A DNA stretch of 27,943 nucleotides from a virus (IMGVR_UViG_3300020724_000022:1-27943); one strand, 5' to 3'; positions 8,604 through 17,485 are shown, numbered from the stretch's first letter. Notes: a model not told the origin generated them from the sequence alone. Numbers and translations: made by a program.

Positions 8604-9104
8604 ATGGCAGTTAATCTTTCACCTATTGGTGGCGCAGGATGGCAATTTTTTGATAACAATGGTGTTCCGTTAGCTGGTGGTTTGATTTATACCTATCAAG
8701 CAGGAACTTCAACTCCTCAAGCAGCTTATACAACTGCATTAGGAAATATTGCTCATTCAAATCCAATAGTTTTAAATTCTGCTGGTAGAGTGCCAGGTGG
8801 AGAAATATGGTTAAGTATTGGAGTTTCTTATAAATTTACAATTAATGATGCTAATAACGTATTAATTGGCACTTATGACAATATTAATGGTACTGGTTCA
8901 GGTGGTCAAGGATATGTAACTGCCACTCAAGCTCAAACAGTTGTAACTGTTCCTTTTGCTTATGTAGTAGGTACAAATAATTTAAAAGTTTATGTAAACG
9001 GAAGTAAACAAGTTATTACATTAAATTACACCGAAACAAATACAACTTCAGTTACTTTTGTTAGTGGATTGAATGTTGGAGATATTGTGGAGTTTACACA
9101 ATGA
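8604..9104 (+). CDS. Stand-alone tailspike particle-binding (head-binding-like) domain protein
   Basis: 166 aa; QFFDNNGVPLAGGLIYTYQAGTSTP...NPIVLNSAGR is the N-terminal anchor seen on podovirus tailspikes, followed by a short YVVGTNNLKVYVNG...GLNVGDIVEF module; no catalytic domain. Confidence 0.7.
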   Translation: MAVNLSPIGGAGWQFFDNNGVPLAGGLIYTYQAGTSTPQAAYTTALGNIAHSNPIVLNSAGRVPGGEIWLSIGVSYKFTINDANNVLIGTYDNINGTGSGGQGYVTATQAQTVVTVPFAYVVGTNNLKVYVNGSKQVITLNYTETNTTSVTFVSGLNVGDIVEFTQ

Positions 9105-10090
9105 CAAAACCTTTAGATATTATTAGCCGAGCTTTAAAAGATATTGGCGCATTAGAGGCTGGAGAAGTTCCAACGGCTGATTCTGCTCAAGATGCTTTTG
9201 ATATGCTTAATGACCTAATTGATCAATGGTCAAATGAAGATATGATGGTGTTTAATACCACAGAAATTATATTTCCTTTGATTTCTGGTCAAGTTCAATA
9301 CACTATTGGCCCTAATCCATCAACTGCAAACTACATTGGCGCATCATTTACAGGCTCTATTGCTGGCAATATTTTGACTGTAACTGGACTTTCCACAGGC
9401 GCAGTTGCTCAAGGTCAAACTTTAAAAGGTTCAGGAATTTTGCCTGGTACTAAGATTGTTGAGTTTATTACTGGTGCTGGCGGTCAAGTCAATGAAGTTG
9501 GCACTTATAGACTTAGCATTACTTATCCGACTCCAGTAGCTTCACAGCTCATTACTGCTTACTATCAAAAGCCTTTATTTATTGATCAGGCTTATGTAAG
9601 GATTAATACAAATTCTAATGGTCAGCCTGTACAAAATGGCGGTTTGGACTATCAAGTAGCCGTATTGTCGTTGGATAATTACAATCAAATAGGTCTAAAG
9701 ACTTTGAATGGCCCTTGGCCTAAAGCTCTTTATTACAATCCTAATGCGGATACTGGTAACGTATTTGTATGGCCTAATCCAGCTCAAGGTGAGATGCATA
9801 TGTTCTCATCTACCATTTTCAGTAACTATGAAACTTTGTATGACGATATTGTGCTTCCACAAGGCTATTCAATGGCTCTTAGATGGAATTTGGCTGAACG
9901 ATTGATGCCTATGTATGGCAAAGCTTCTGCAACGCAAATTGGCATGATTAATGCTTATGCAGCTCAATCTAAGTCAACTATTAAACGCAACAATATGCGA
10001 CCAATCGCTGCTGCTGGTTATCCAGACTCTATGCTTGTTGGTAGAGCTAAAGATGCTGGTTGGATTTTGAGTGGGGGTTTTTTCAGGTAG
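9101..10090 (+). CDS. Head-to-tail adaptor, P22 gp4-like, with internal beta-rich insertion
   Basis: 329 aa; IISRALKDIGAL...DAFDMLNDLIDQW N-terminus and LPQGYSMALRWNLAERLMPMYG C-terminus; upstream of gp10-like gene. Confidence 0.75.
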   Translation: MTKPLDIISRALKDIGALEAGEVPTADSAQDAFDMLNDLIDQWSNEDMMVFNTTEIIFPLISGQVQYTIGPNPSTANYIGASFTGSIAGNILTVTGLSTGAVAQGQTLKGSGILPGTKIVEFITGAGGQVNEVGTYRLSITYPTPVASQLITAYYQKPLFIDQAYVRINTNSNGQPVQNGGLDYQVAVLSLDNYNQIGLKTLNGPWPKALYYNPNADTGNVFVWPNPAQGEMHMFSSTIFSNYETLYDDIVLPQGYSMALRWNLAERLMPMYGKASATQIGMINAYAAQSKSTIKRNNMRPIAAAGYPDSMLVGRAKDAGWILSGGFFR

Positions 10091-10098
10091 AGGATTGT

Positions 10099-10127
10099 TT
10101 GACAAGATTGATTCTTTTATGTATAGT
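10099..10127 (+). promoter_or_regulatory. Sigma70-type promoter for the HNH gene
   Basis: TTGACA (10099-10104), 17 bp spacer, TATAGT (10122-10127); AGGAG RBS then ATG at 10154. Confidence 0.75.
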
Positions 10128-10153
10128 GAAATTTCTTACAACAGGAGATTTTT

Positions 10154-10729
10154 ATGTATACAAAAGAAGAAAAGTTGGCAAAACAAAGACATTGGTATCA
10201 ACTTAGAAAAGCTGGGCTTGGTTCACCAAATTGCGGTAGACCAGCAAATACTGCTGAAGTTCTTTGGAGCAAAGTTGATAAGCGTGGTGAAGATGAATGT
10301 TGGGAATGGAAAGGCTTTAGGAATCATGATGGATATGGAAGGACTTGGATTAATGACAAAGGCTACTATGCCCATAGAGTCATCTATTCGCTTGTCTATC
10401 CAAACTCTATTAATCTTAATGCGCCAAAATCAACAGATAATTCAGGCTTTCTTTTACATACTTGCGATAATCCTTCTTGTTGCAATCCAAAGCATTTATG
10501 GGTTGGCAATCATGCTGATAATATGGCAGATAAAGCTGCAAAAGGTCGTAGCCCAGACTTTAGTGGTGGCAAAGGCCCTCGTTGCAAACTTACAATGGAA
10601 CAAGCTAGAGAAGCTCGTTTGCTTAGGAAAACTGGTATGACTATTCCACAATTAATGGAAAAATTTAATTTAAGTCGTGCAAGCATGAAAACCTTGTTGC
10701 GTGGTGATTCATACAAGGAAAGCGAGTAA
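10154..10729 (+). CDS. Free-standing HNH homing endonuclease
   Basis: 191 aa; ECWEWKG...GYG...AHRVIY...LHTCDNPSCCNPKHLWVGNHADNMAD plus a C-terminal HTH-like tail. Confidence 0.9.
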   Translation: MYTKEEKLAKQRHWYQLRKAGLGSPNCGRPANTAEVLWSKVDKRGEDECWEWKGFRNHDGYGRTWINDKGYYAHRVIYSLVYPNSINLNAPKSTDNSGFLLHTCDNPSCCNPKHLWVGNHADNMADKAAKGRSPDFSGGKGPRCKLTMEQAREARLLRKTGMTIPQLMEKFNLSRASMKTLLRGDSYKESE

Positions 10730-10732
10730 TTT

Positions 10733-12202
10733 ATGGATTTTGGTTTTGTCGGCCCTAGTTATGAAGCTCCTTCAATTTATCAAAGCGATCAGGAATGTAT
10801 TAACTTTTACTTGGAGATTGATCCTAATAAAGGTCAAGGATCTAGAGGCGCAATAGCTTTATATCCTACTCCAGGACTTGTTGAAGTAGCCCAACTTCCA
10901 CCTGGAGAAGTAAGAGCAATGTTTCCTTTGCATGGAACCATTCCTTTTATTATGATTGTGATTTGCGCTGATCAAGTTTATAAAATAGATGAGGCTTACA
11001 ACGCAACATTAATTGGCACTTTAGATACGACTACTGGCCCATGCCAGATTTCTTACAATAGAAGCCCTACAGATGGCATTTTTGCATTTATTGTAGATGG
11101 CTTAGAACGCTATTATTACGTTCCTGCTACAGATACTTTTACTGAAATTGCTTATACAGATGGCCCTTGGCGTGGTGCTTCTTGTTGTGACGTAATCGAC
11201 AATTACAACATTTACAACGAAGTTGGCACTAATAATTGGGCTTGTACCGATATTTCTTCTCCTTATTCAACTGCTGCTTATTACGGCACAAAAGATGGTG
11301 AACCTGATCCTATTATTTGCGTTATTGCAGATCATAGACAAGTCTATTTAATGGGTGATCAAACAACTGAAGTTTGGGTGGATGTAGGAAGTCAAATCTC
11401 AGGATTAACTACTTTTCCATTTGCTCGTATTTCAGGCACTATGCTTCAGCATGGATGCGCTGCTTTTAATAGCGTATGGCAATTTGAAGAACAGATTATG
11501 TTTGTTTCTCAAGATGCTCGTGGTCAAGGCGTTATTGGAGCAATTCAAGGCTATACCTTTGTAAGGCTATCAAATCATGCCGTAGAGCAGACTTTGATGA
11601 ATGTAAATCTAAGTGATGCCGTTGCCTATACTTATCGTCTAGAGGGTCATGAGTTCTATGTAGTTACTTTCCCATCTATTGATTTGACTTGGGTTTATGA
11701 CTTAACCACTAAAGCTTGGCATAAATGGCTTTCTTGGGATAATCAAACTGGATACCATCGTCATCGTTCAAATTGTGGTGCTTTTTTTGGTAATTATTAT
11801 CTTGTTGGGGATTACGAAAACGGAAAAATTTATCAATTAAACAATGAAGTTTATACAGAAGATGGCAAAACAATCCGTAGATTGCGTAGATGCCCTCATT
11901 TAGTAACTGACCTTCAACGTCAATATTTTGCAGAAATGCAGATTCAATTTCAGCCTGGTGTAGGCTTACAAACTGGTCAAGGCTATGATCCTCAATCTAT
12001 GCTCCGTTGGTCATCTGATGGCGGTTCTACATGGTCTAGTGAACATTGGGTAACTATTGGTAAAGTTGGAAAATACAATAATCGTGCCATTTGGCGTAGA
12101 TTGGGTTGGTCAAGAGATCGTATTTATGAAGTAGTTGTTTCCGATCCAATTAAAGCCGTTATTGTTTCTGCTAATTTAAAGGCTGAAGGTGGGGAAAACT
12201 AA
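10733..12202 (+). CDS. Tail hub / packaged DNA stabilization protein, P22 gp10-like
   Basis: 489 aa; LYPTPGL N-terminus, YRLEGHEFYVVTFPSIDLTWVYD...WH, MLRWSSDGGSTWS...WRRLG...R.YEV.VSDP. Confidence 0.88.
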   Translation: MDFGFVGPSYEAPSIYQSDQECINFYLEIDPNKGQGSRGAIALYPTPGLVEVAQLPPGEVRAMFPLHGTIPFIMIVICADQVYKIDEAYNATLIGTLDTTTGPCQISYNRSPTDGIFAFIVDGLERYYYVPATDTFTEIAYTDGPWRGASCCDVIDNYNIYNEVGTNNWACTDISSPYSTAAYYGTKDGEPDPIICVIADHRQVYLMGDQTTEVWVDVGSQISGLTTFPFARISGTMLQHGCAAFNSVWQFEEQIMFVSQDARGQGVIGAIQGYTFVRLSNHAVEQTLMNVNLSDAVAYTYRLEGHEFYVVTFPSIDLTWVYDLTTKAWHKWLSWDNQTGYHRHRSNCGAFFGNYYLVGDYENGKIYQLNNEVYTEDGKTIRRLRRCPHLVTDLQRQYFAEMQIQFQPGVGLQTGQGYDPQSMLRWSSDGGSTWSSEHWVTIGKVGKYNNRAIWRRLGWSRDRIYEVVVSDPIKAVIVSANLKAEGGEN

Positions 12203-12450
12203 TGGCTACTGGGCCAATTAATACCAATATTCGGTATCCTCAAAGCCAGTTTTTAGATCCTTTAACTCAAAGGCCAGCTAGAGAATGGCTTATTTGGCTT
12301 CAAAACCCTAATGTAGTCAGTCAAACAGTAAATTACATCATAATTAATGGTGGGGATATTAATAACACTCCTATTGGAGATATAACCCCATCTACAGGCG
12401 TATTTACTAATTTAACTGCCTTATTAGGAATAGGAGGAGGTCAGTTTTGA
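12202..12450 (+). CDS. Small tail protein (occupies the P22 gp26 needle position)
   Basis: 82 aa coupled to gp10-like gene; FLDPLTQRPAREWLIWL N-terminus and a fibre-type INGGDINNTPIG...STGVFTNL repeat. Confidence 0.55.
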   Translation: MATGPINTNIRYPQSQFLDPLTQRPAREWLIWLQNPNVVSQTVNYIIINGGDINNTPIGDITPSTGVFTNLTALLGIGGGQF

Positions 12451-12971
12451 ATACTCAATTAATTAAAAAACAAATTCTTCCAGTAATTCAATTAAGGGAA
12501 AAAGTAGAACGACTTCAAGATGCTCTTTTGGAGATGCCTCAAGCGGATATAAAGTTTTTGCATGATTTTGAACCTGGCAAATATATTCGCACAATGATTG
12601 CTCCTCCTTGGTCAGTTATTGTTGGTGCTGAACATAAAACCCCTTATAAAGTAATTCTTAAAAAGGGAACAATAGCGGTCAATATTGATGATGAAATAAA
12701 GACTTTGACAGCTCCTATGGAATTTGATGCTCCAGCAGGAATCAAACGTGTTGGTCGTGTATTTGATGAAGAACTTATTTGGATTGATATTTACGAAAAT
12801 CCAGATAATTGTACGGATATAGCAACAATAGAGGATAGGTTATACATTATTCCTGAATGTGGATTAATGTCTAATCGAATTTTAGAACATAAAACTGAAC
12901 AAAAAGATACCGAAAAGCTTTCTAATGGCATTAAAATGCTATTAGCTAATAATCTCGGTTTTAGTGATTAG
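12447..12971 (+). CDS. Cupin-like hypothetical protein
   Basis: 174 aa, TTG start with GGAGG RBS; HDFEPGKYIR...VGAEHKT...APAGIKRVG pattern suggests a cupin beta-barrel. Confidence 0.5.
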   Translation: MNTQLIKKQILPVIQLREKVERLQDALLEMPQADIKFLHDFEPGKYIRTMIAPPWSVIVGAEHKTPYKVILKKGTIAVNIDDEIKTLTAPMEFDAPAGIKRVGRVFDEELIWIDIYENPDNCTDIATIEDRLYIIPECGLMSNRILEHKTEQKDTEKLSNGIKMLLANNLGFSD

Positions 12972-12982
12972 GGAGAAGCATT

Positions 12983-13774
12983 ATGGCAGGAGGAATAACA
13001 GCAGCAGTAATTGGAGGCGCAGCCGTTTTAGGCGGTGCTTATATGAGTTCGCAAGGGGCGCAAAATGCTGCCAATACTCAAGCTAATGCTGCTTCACAAC
13101 AACAAAGCAATTTACTTGCTGCTGGTCAAACTGCATCGCAACAATTTACCCCATATGCAAATTATGGAGCTACTCCTTTAGCTAGTTTAACTGCAAATAA
13201 TCCTTACTTTAATCAACAATTTACTGCTGCTGATTTACAGTCTAATTTAGCTCCAAATTACCAATTTATGCTTGGACAAGGTTTAGGAGCTACTAGCGAA
13301 AATATAAACGTAGGTGGTGGTGGTTCTAATGCAAATATGGCGAGAACCAAGTTTGCTGAAGATTATGCTTCTAATGCCTATCAAAACGCATTTAATAACT
13401 TTCAAACCCAAAGAGGCAATATTGCAGCTATTGATTTAGCTAATACTAATGTAGGTCTTGCTGGTTCTACAGGATCTGCAAATGCTCAACTTGGTACTGC
13501 AACCAATATTGCAAATTTAGGAATTGGTTCTGCTAATGCTACTGCTGCTTCTCAAATTGCACAAGGCAATATTTATGGTGGAGCAGCAAATTCATTAGGT
13601 GGAATAGGTTATGCAACAGCATCTCAACTTGGCGCACAAAATACAGCTCAAAATGCTGCTATGCAAAATCAATTAAGTGCTGGTGGATATGGTAATAATG
13701 CTTTAAGTAACTTTACAAATAATCAATCTACCAATCCTAATTCATCATCATTTATTGGGCCTCAAGTAGGTTAA
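12983..13774 (+). CDS. DNA ejection / pilot protein, gp7-like
   Basis: 263 aa; hydrophobic Gly/Ala-rich N-terminus (GGITAAVIGGAAVLGG), Ala/Gln/Asn-rich body, PNYQF motif; first of three ejection-type genes. Confidence 0.7.
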   Translation: MAGGITAAVIGGAAVLGGAYMSSQGAQNAANTQANAASQQQSNLLAAGQTASQQFTPYANYGATPLASLTANNPYFNQQFTAADLQSNLAPNYQFMLGQGLGATSENINVGGGGSNANMARTKFAEDYASNAYQNAFNNFQTQRGNIAAIDLANTNVGLAGSTGSANAQLGTATNIANLGIGSANATAASQIAQGNIYGGAANSLGGIGYATASQLGAQNTAQNAAMQNQLSAGGYGNNALSNFTNNQSTNPNSSSFIGPQVG

Positions 13775-13783
13775 GGAATAATT

Positions 13784-15019
13784 ATGGCAATTTCTATAGG
13801 ATCACTTACAGTTCCACAATTAGGTCAAAATCTTGATCCAAGCATTTACGGCAGTCAAAATGCGCCTAAATCTATGACTATTGCGGATATGCTTGATATA
13901 TCTAATAAAAATCTTGAATTACAAAAAAGATCAACATTATTGCCTTCTGAAATTGAAGCTGGTCAAGCTACAGCTAAAAAAGCAACTACTGAAGCACAAA
14001 AAGCGCAATTTGGATTTACAAATGATCAAGGTGTTGTAGCACAAAATGAAGCTGCTAGATTGTTAAAAGATCCAAGAATTAAAGATGCACAAAATACTCC
14101 TGAAGGTAGAGAAAAAGCATTAAGGGCATTAGATGAAGTTGGCAGCACTTTAAAAACAAAAGGTTTGCATGACGATGTAATTAAAGGAATGTTAGGCCAA
14201 TACTATACTCAAGCCCTTCATGATCCTACACAAATTGCACCAAAAATTGATCAAGGATTATCTGCTGCTACTGGTGCTGCAATTCAAAGACAGCAACTTA
14301 CTCCTCAATATACAACTAATGCTTCTGGGGATATTGTTGGGCTTACATCTGGAACTAATCAAATTTCTCAACCTCAAGGAATGGGAAATAAAAATTTAAA
14401 TCCAACACTTCCAGGCGTTCAAAACTTTGGTAAATATCAAGAAGATCTTACTAATAGAGTTGCTGGTGGAACACAAATTGATATGCGATTAAATGAAGCA
14501 GAGAATTTGATGAAAAACTTTAAACCAGGTGCTGGAGCAAGAACTTATGTTGATATTGCTCAAAAACTTCAAGCTATTGGCGCACCTCAAGATTTAGTGG
14601 ATAAAGTTGCAAAAGGCGATTTGTCAGCAGCTCAATCTATGAATAAATTTATTGCTCAATCTGTAACTGCTGGTATTGGTGCAATGCAAGGCAATCCAAC
14701 GGCAAATATGATGAACGATTATCTTAAAAATAATCCTGATATTGGAAGTGATCCTAGAGCATTGCAAAGATTTATTGATTTTGCTCATAAACAAAATGAA
14801 GTTGCTTATGAAGAACAACGTTATTTGCTTGAAAAAAATAAAAACAAAACATTAAATCCTGATACTCATGTCGGAGAAGTTCAACAACATATTATTAATA
14901 AATTTGTTAATCCAAAAAATGAAACAAATCAATCTAATAAACAAATTGTTAGAACTGGTAAAACAAAAAGCGGTCAAAAAGTAATAGAATATTCTGATGG
15001 AACAAGGGAAATTCAATAA
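13784..15019 (+). CDS. DNA ejection protein, gp20-like position
   Basis: 411 aa helical, Gln/Lys-rich; synteny between pilot protein and transglycosylase-bearing protein. Confidence 0.6.
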   Translation: MAISIGSLTVPQLGQNLDPSIYGSQNAPKSMTIADMLDISNKNLELQKRSTLLPSEIEAGQATAKKATTEAQKAQFGFTNDQGVVAQNEAARLLKDPRIKDAQNTPEGREKALRALDEVGSTLKTKGLHDDVIKGMLGQYYTQALHDPTQIAPKIDQGLSAATGAAIQRQQLTPQYTTNASGDIVGLTSGTNQISQPQGMGNKNLNPTLPGVQNFGKYQEDLTNRVAGGTQIDMRLNEAENLMKNFKPGAGARTYVDIAQKLQAIGAPQDLVDKVAKGDLSAAQSMNKFIAQSVTAGIGAMQGNPTANMMNDYLKNNPDIGSDPRALQRFIDFAHKQNEVAYEEQRYLLEKNKNKTLNPDTHVGEVQQHIINKFVNPKNETNQSNKQIVRTGKTKSGQKVIEYSDGTREIQ

Positions 15020-17049
15020 TGGATAATCTTTACGCATCTTTGGAAAAAAGATATATGCTTCCTGAAGGAGCATTATCTGCTGTTGAATCTACAGAAAGCG
15101 GTGGAAATGATTCCGCTATTTCACCAAAAGGTGCTAAAGGTCGTTTTCAATTTATGCCAGCAACTGCCGAAGCTTATGGTGTAGATACTTCAGACAAAGT
15201 TAGTTCTGCTCATGGTGCTGCGCAATATTTATCAGACCTTCAAAACCAATATGGAAGTTTTAAAGCTGCACTTGCTCATTACAATGGCGGAACTAAAGCA
15301 GCCAAAGCTGTTTTAGCTGGTCAAGAGCCTTCAGCAGAAGAAACAAGAAATTATTTAAAAAAAGTTAATTCAAAAATTAATCTTAAAGATGAAGATATTA
15401 CTTGGGATGAGCCAAAAGGTTCTGTAACAATTTCTGCGCCTAAAGATGAAGATATTACTTGGGACAAACCTACTGAAGATTTATCAAAAAAATCAGGTTT
15501 AGAGTTATTTGGTAAAGGTTTGAAAGCTTCTGGTAAAACAACTATGACAGGAATTGGTCAAGTTTTAGATCCATTGGCGCAACAATTAGAAGAAGCATTT
15601 CCTGCTGTTTCTAAATTTGGTCAAAAGCTTAATATGCCTTCTGCAAAAGAAGCTGCTGCTGGTCGTGAAGCAGAAATTCTTGCGCAAAGAGAAGAAAATA
15701 AACCTTTATTGGAAACTCCTGCTGGTTTAGCTGGAAATATTACAGGCGAATTAGGACAAGCTGTATTACTGCCAGGAGGAACTATTGGAAAAGCTGCCTT
15801 AACTGGAGCAACAATGGGAGCAGTTCAGCCTACATTACAAGATGAAAGCAAAGCTTTTAATGTTATTTCTGGAGCTGGTGTAGGTGCTGCTGGTCAAGGA
15901 ATAGTTAATGCTTTAGGTCGTGTTGCTCAACCAATTACTAATCAAATTGGCGAAATTGGTGCAAACGCAGTTAAAACTTTGCGTGAAGCTGGAATACCAT
16001 TAGATGCAGCTCAAGCTACTGGATCTGCTTTATTGGGTCGAGTAAAAGCTGCTTTATCAGATAATCTATTTACTGCTGGCGCACAACAAGAGTTTAGTGG
16101 AGTGCAAAAACAAGCATTTAACAAAGCCATTGCAAAGACAATGGGTGAAGATGCAGACAAAATTACTCCATCTGTTATTTCTAATGCTAAAGAGAATATT
16201 GGCAAGATTTATGATGATGTTGCTGCCAAAGTAAATATTCGTGCAGATGATAAGTTTTTAAACAATTTATCAGCTATTGATGATGAAGCAAAAAATATTT
16301 TAAATGATCAGCAATACAGCATTATTGATAAAAACATTAAAAATATTCTCAATAAAGCTTCATCAGAAGGCAATCAATTAAATGCATCACAATATCAAAA
16401 CATTAAAAAGACTTTAGATAGATTATCTGGAAGTTCTGATACTGATGTTGCTTCCTATGCTCGTGATTTGCGTGATGTATTAAATAAAGGTCTTAGCGAT
16501 TCTGCTGAAGCTACTGGCAATAAAGAATTAGTTTCTTCTTTAAAAGAAGCTAATAAACGCTGGGGCAACATGAGAAAAATTGAAGATGTTGCATTAAAAA
16601 ATGCAGAAGGCGATATAAGCCCATCTTTGCTATATAACTCATTAACAACCAAAGCAAAACGCAATGCTTTTTATGCGGAAGATAATGAATTATCAAAATT
16701 GGCTGCTGCTGGAAAAATTGTATTGCCTGAAAAATTACCAAATAGTGGAACCATTGCTAGAGGATTAGCACAAGCTGCTGTTCCTGCTGCTGCTGGAGCT
16801 GCTTATGGTTTATATCAAGGCGATTATATGGATGCTTTAAAAGGAGTTGCTTTTGGTGTTGCTGCTCCAAAATTAGCTCAAGCTGCTATTAATAATCCTA
16901 AATTTGCTGCCTATCTTGAAAAAGGAATAGGTCAAAATGCATTGCGTAATTTATTACAAGCACCTAGTAAAATTGGCTTAGGTAAAATTCCATTAGCTTC
17001 TTACGAATCTTATTTGCAACAAGTTCAAAAAGAAAAAACTAGGAAATAA
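15019..17049 (+). CDS. DNA ejection protein with N-terminal lytic transglycosylase (SLT) domain
   Basis: 676 aa; ESGG...AISPKGAKGRFQFMPATAEAYG...ALAHYNGG...ETRNY SLT motifs followed by a long Ala/Gly-rich helical region. Confidence 0.85.
   Translation: MDNLYASLEKRYMLPEGALSAVESTESGGNDSAISPKGAKGRFQFMPATAEAYGVDTSDKVSSAHGAAQYLSDLQNQYGSFKAALAHYNGGTKAAKAVLAGQEPSAEETRNYLKKVNSKINLKDEDITWDEPKGSVTISAPKDEDITWDKPTEDLSKKSGLELFGKGLKASGKTTMTGIGQVLDPLAQQLEEAFPAVSKFGQKLNMPSAKEAAAGREAEILAQREENKPLLETPAGLAGNITGELGQAVLLPGGTIGKAALTGATMGAVQPTLQDESKAFNVISGAGVGAAGQGIVNALGRVAQPITNQIGEIGANAVKTLREAGIPLDAAQATGSALLGRVKAALSDNLFTAGAQQEFSGVQKQAFNKAIAKTMGEDADKITPSVISNAKENIGKIYDDVAAKVNIRADDKFLNNLSAIDDEAKNILNDQQYSIIDKNIKNILNKASSEGNQLNASQYQNIKKTLDRLSGSSDTDVASYARDLRDVLNKGLSDSAEATGNKELVSSLKEANKRWGNMRKIEDVALKNAEGDISPSLLYNSLTTKAKRNAFYAEDNELSKLAAAGKIVLPEKLPNSGTIARGLAQAAVPAAAGAAYGLYQGDYMDALKGVAFGVAAPKLAQAAINNPKFAAYLEKGIGQNALRNLLQAPSKIGLGKIPLASYESYLQQVQKEKTRK
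15384..15464 (+). repeat. Exact 24 bp direct repeat in transglycosylase linker
   Basis: TAAAGATGAAGATATTACTTGGGA at 15384-15407 and 15441-15464 (KDEDITWD twice, 57 bp apart). Confidence 0.95.
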
Positions 17050-17051
17050 CA

Positions 17052-17306
17052 ATGGATTCGCAAACAATAATAAATACTGTTATTGCTTTAGTTGGCTTTT
17101 TAGGCGGTTGGATCTTAAAGGTTATTTGGGAGGCTGTTAAAGAGCTACAAATTGCCGATAAAATATTGGTAGATAAAGTCAATACTATTGAGATTCTGAT
17201 TGCTGGTAATTATATGTCTAAGCAAGATTTTGACAAGATTGCTGCTGCTATTTTTGCTAAATTAGACAAAATAGACGATAAACTAGATCGAAAAGTTGAT
17301 AAATGA
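17052..17306 (+). CDS. Single-TM lysis-cassette protein (holin/antiholin-like)
   Basis: 84 aa; N-terminal hydrophobic helix then charged coiled-coil; first gene of lysis cassette. Confidence 0.55.
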   Translation: MDSQTIINTVIALVGFLGGWILKVIWEAVKELQIADKILVDKVNTIEILIAGNYMSKQDFDKIAAAIFAKLDKIDDKLDRKVDK

Positions 17307-17485
17307 AAGCCCATCGATCAAAAACGATGTGGTTTTCTTTAGCACTTGTGATATTTGGTGCTTTATTTGACAATCTATCTTATGTGCAAAACAGTATTGA
17401 TCCAAAATATTATGGCTTTATCCTTATTGGGATTGGCATTATTGTTGCTGTATTGCGCTTTGTGACTTCTAAACCAATAGAATAA
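17303..17485 (+). CDS. Putative class II holin
   Basis: 60 aa with two hydrophobic segments and a basic N-terminus (KAHRSKTMWF). Confidence 0.6.
   Translation: MKAHRSKTMWFSLALVIFGALFDNLSYVQNSIDPKYYGFILIGIGIIVAVLRFVTSKPIE

Noticed and set aside
10071-10640. 189 aa alternative-frame ORF over the HNH gene
   Set aside because: No recognisable motifs; the overlapping frame has full HNH motifs, promoter and RBS.
10091-10732. Group I intron around the HNH gene
   Set aside because: Flanking genes both look complete and the non-coding margins (63 bp and 3 bp) are too short for a ribozyme core.
7129-16741. Short ORFs 7129-7368, 7547-7729, 9708-9905, 10510-10716, 14624-14818, 14852-15073, 16011-16205, 16455-16664, 16550-16741
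   Set aside because: Nested within long structural genes with no independent signals, unlike Rz1 which has an RBS and lipobox.
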